Made by a program: the position numbers and the translations under genes. From NCBI RefSeq assembly GCF_001194135.2, contig NC_068982.1:114865371-114922849 (forward strand): DNA of 57,479 nucleotides. Direction: 5' to 3'. This DNA comes from Octopus bimaculoides (Eukaryota). Below, one piece after another: positions 57,083 to 57,479 of the stretch (its first letter is position 1; every line of letters begins with the position of its first letter). Below the pieces are notes generated by a model. That model ran no database searches, was not told the DNA's origin, and saw nothing but the letters and a program-made list of their open reading frames with translations.

Positions 57083-57479
57083 ATTACTCTTTACTCTTTT
57101 ACTTGTTTCAGTCATTTGACTGTGGCCATGCCTTTAGTCGAGCAAATCGACCCCAGGACTTATTCTTTGTAAGCCTAGTACTTATTCTATCGGCCTTTTT
57201 TGCCGAACCACTAAGTTACGGGGACGTAAACACACCAGCATCGGTTGTCAAGCGATGTTGGGAGAGGACAAACATAGACACACAAACATATACACGTACA
57301 TACATATATATATATATATATATGCATATATACGACGGGCTCCTTTCAGTTTCCGTCTACCAAATCCACTCACAAGGCTTTGGTCGGCCCGAGGCTATAG
57401 TATAAGACACTTGCCCAAGGTGCCACGCAGTGGGACTGAACTCGGAACCATGTGGTTGGTAAGCAAGCTACTTACCACA
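57083..57479 (-). mobile_element. SINE family 1 (head truncated by the window edge)
   Basis: Colinear with 39437-39841. Confidence 0.92.

Overview
Eukaryotic, AT-rich, repeat-dense genomic DNA from a gapped scaffold with 11 N-runs. The SINE/LINE families and microsatellite style look like an Octopus-type coleoid cephalopod; that is inferred from recognition, not from a search. The only host gene I can support is a complete 13-exon medium-chain acyl-CoA dehydrogenase (ACADM/MCAD) on the + strand, CDS 12518-40782. It encodes 416 aa, all introns are GT-AG, and the catalytic Glu in IYEG is intact. The rest is transposon-derived: a GC-rich decayed LTR retroelement with an unusual RNase H (2-4.5 kb), a nest of CsRn1-clade Ty3/Gypsy pieces with a tRNA-Trp PBS and CHCC gag knuckle (5.6-10.1 kb, plus a solo LTR at 14 kb), RTE and CR1/L2 LINE fragments, three tRNA-derived SINE families, Helitron-like elements, several MITE/foldback elements, a head-to-head Penelope-like pair (54.5-56.6 kb) and a pogo-like fragment. 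The most notable signals are (i) a 50-nt LTR-terminal hairpin whose arms co-vary between LTR copies, with apparent TG...TA termini; (ii) a minimal hammerhead-ribozyme-like motif antisense about 700 bp upstream of the ACADM start; and (iii) many inverted repeats inside ACADM introns that could form dsRNA/ADAR substrates. I found no convincing new multi-gene system.
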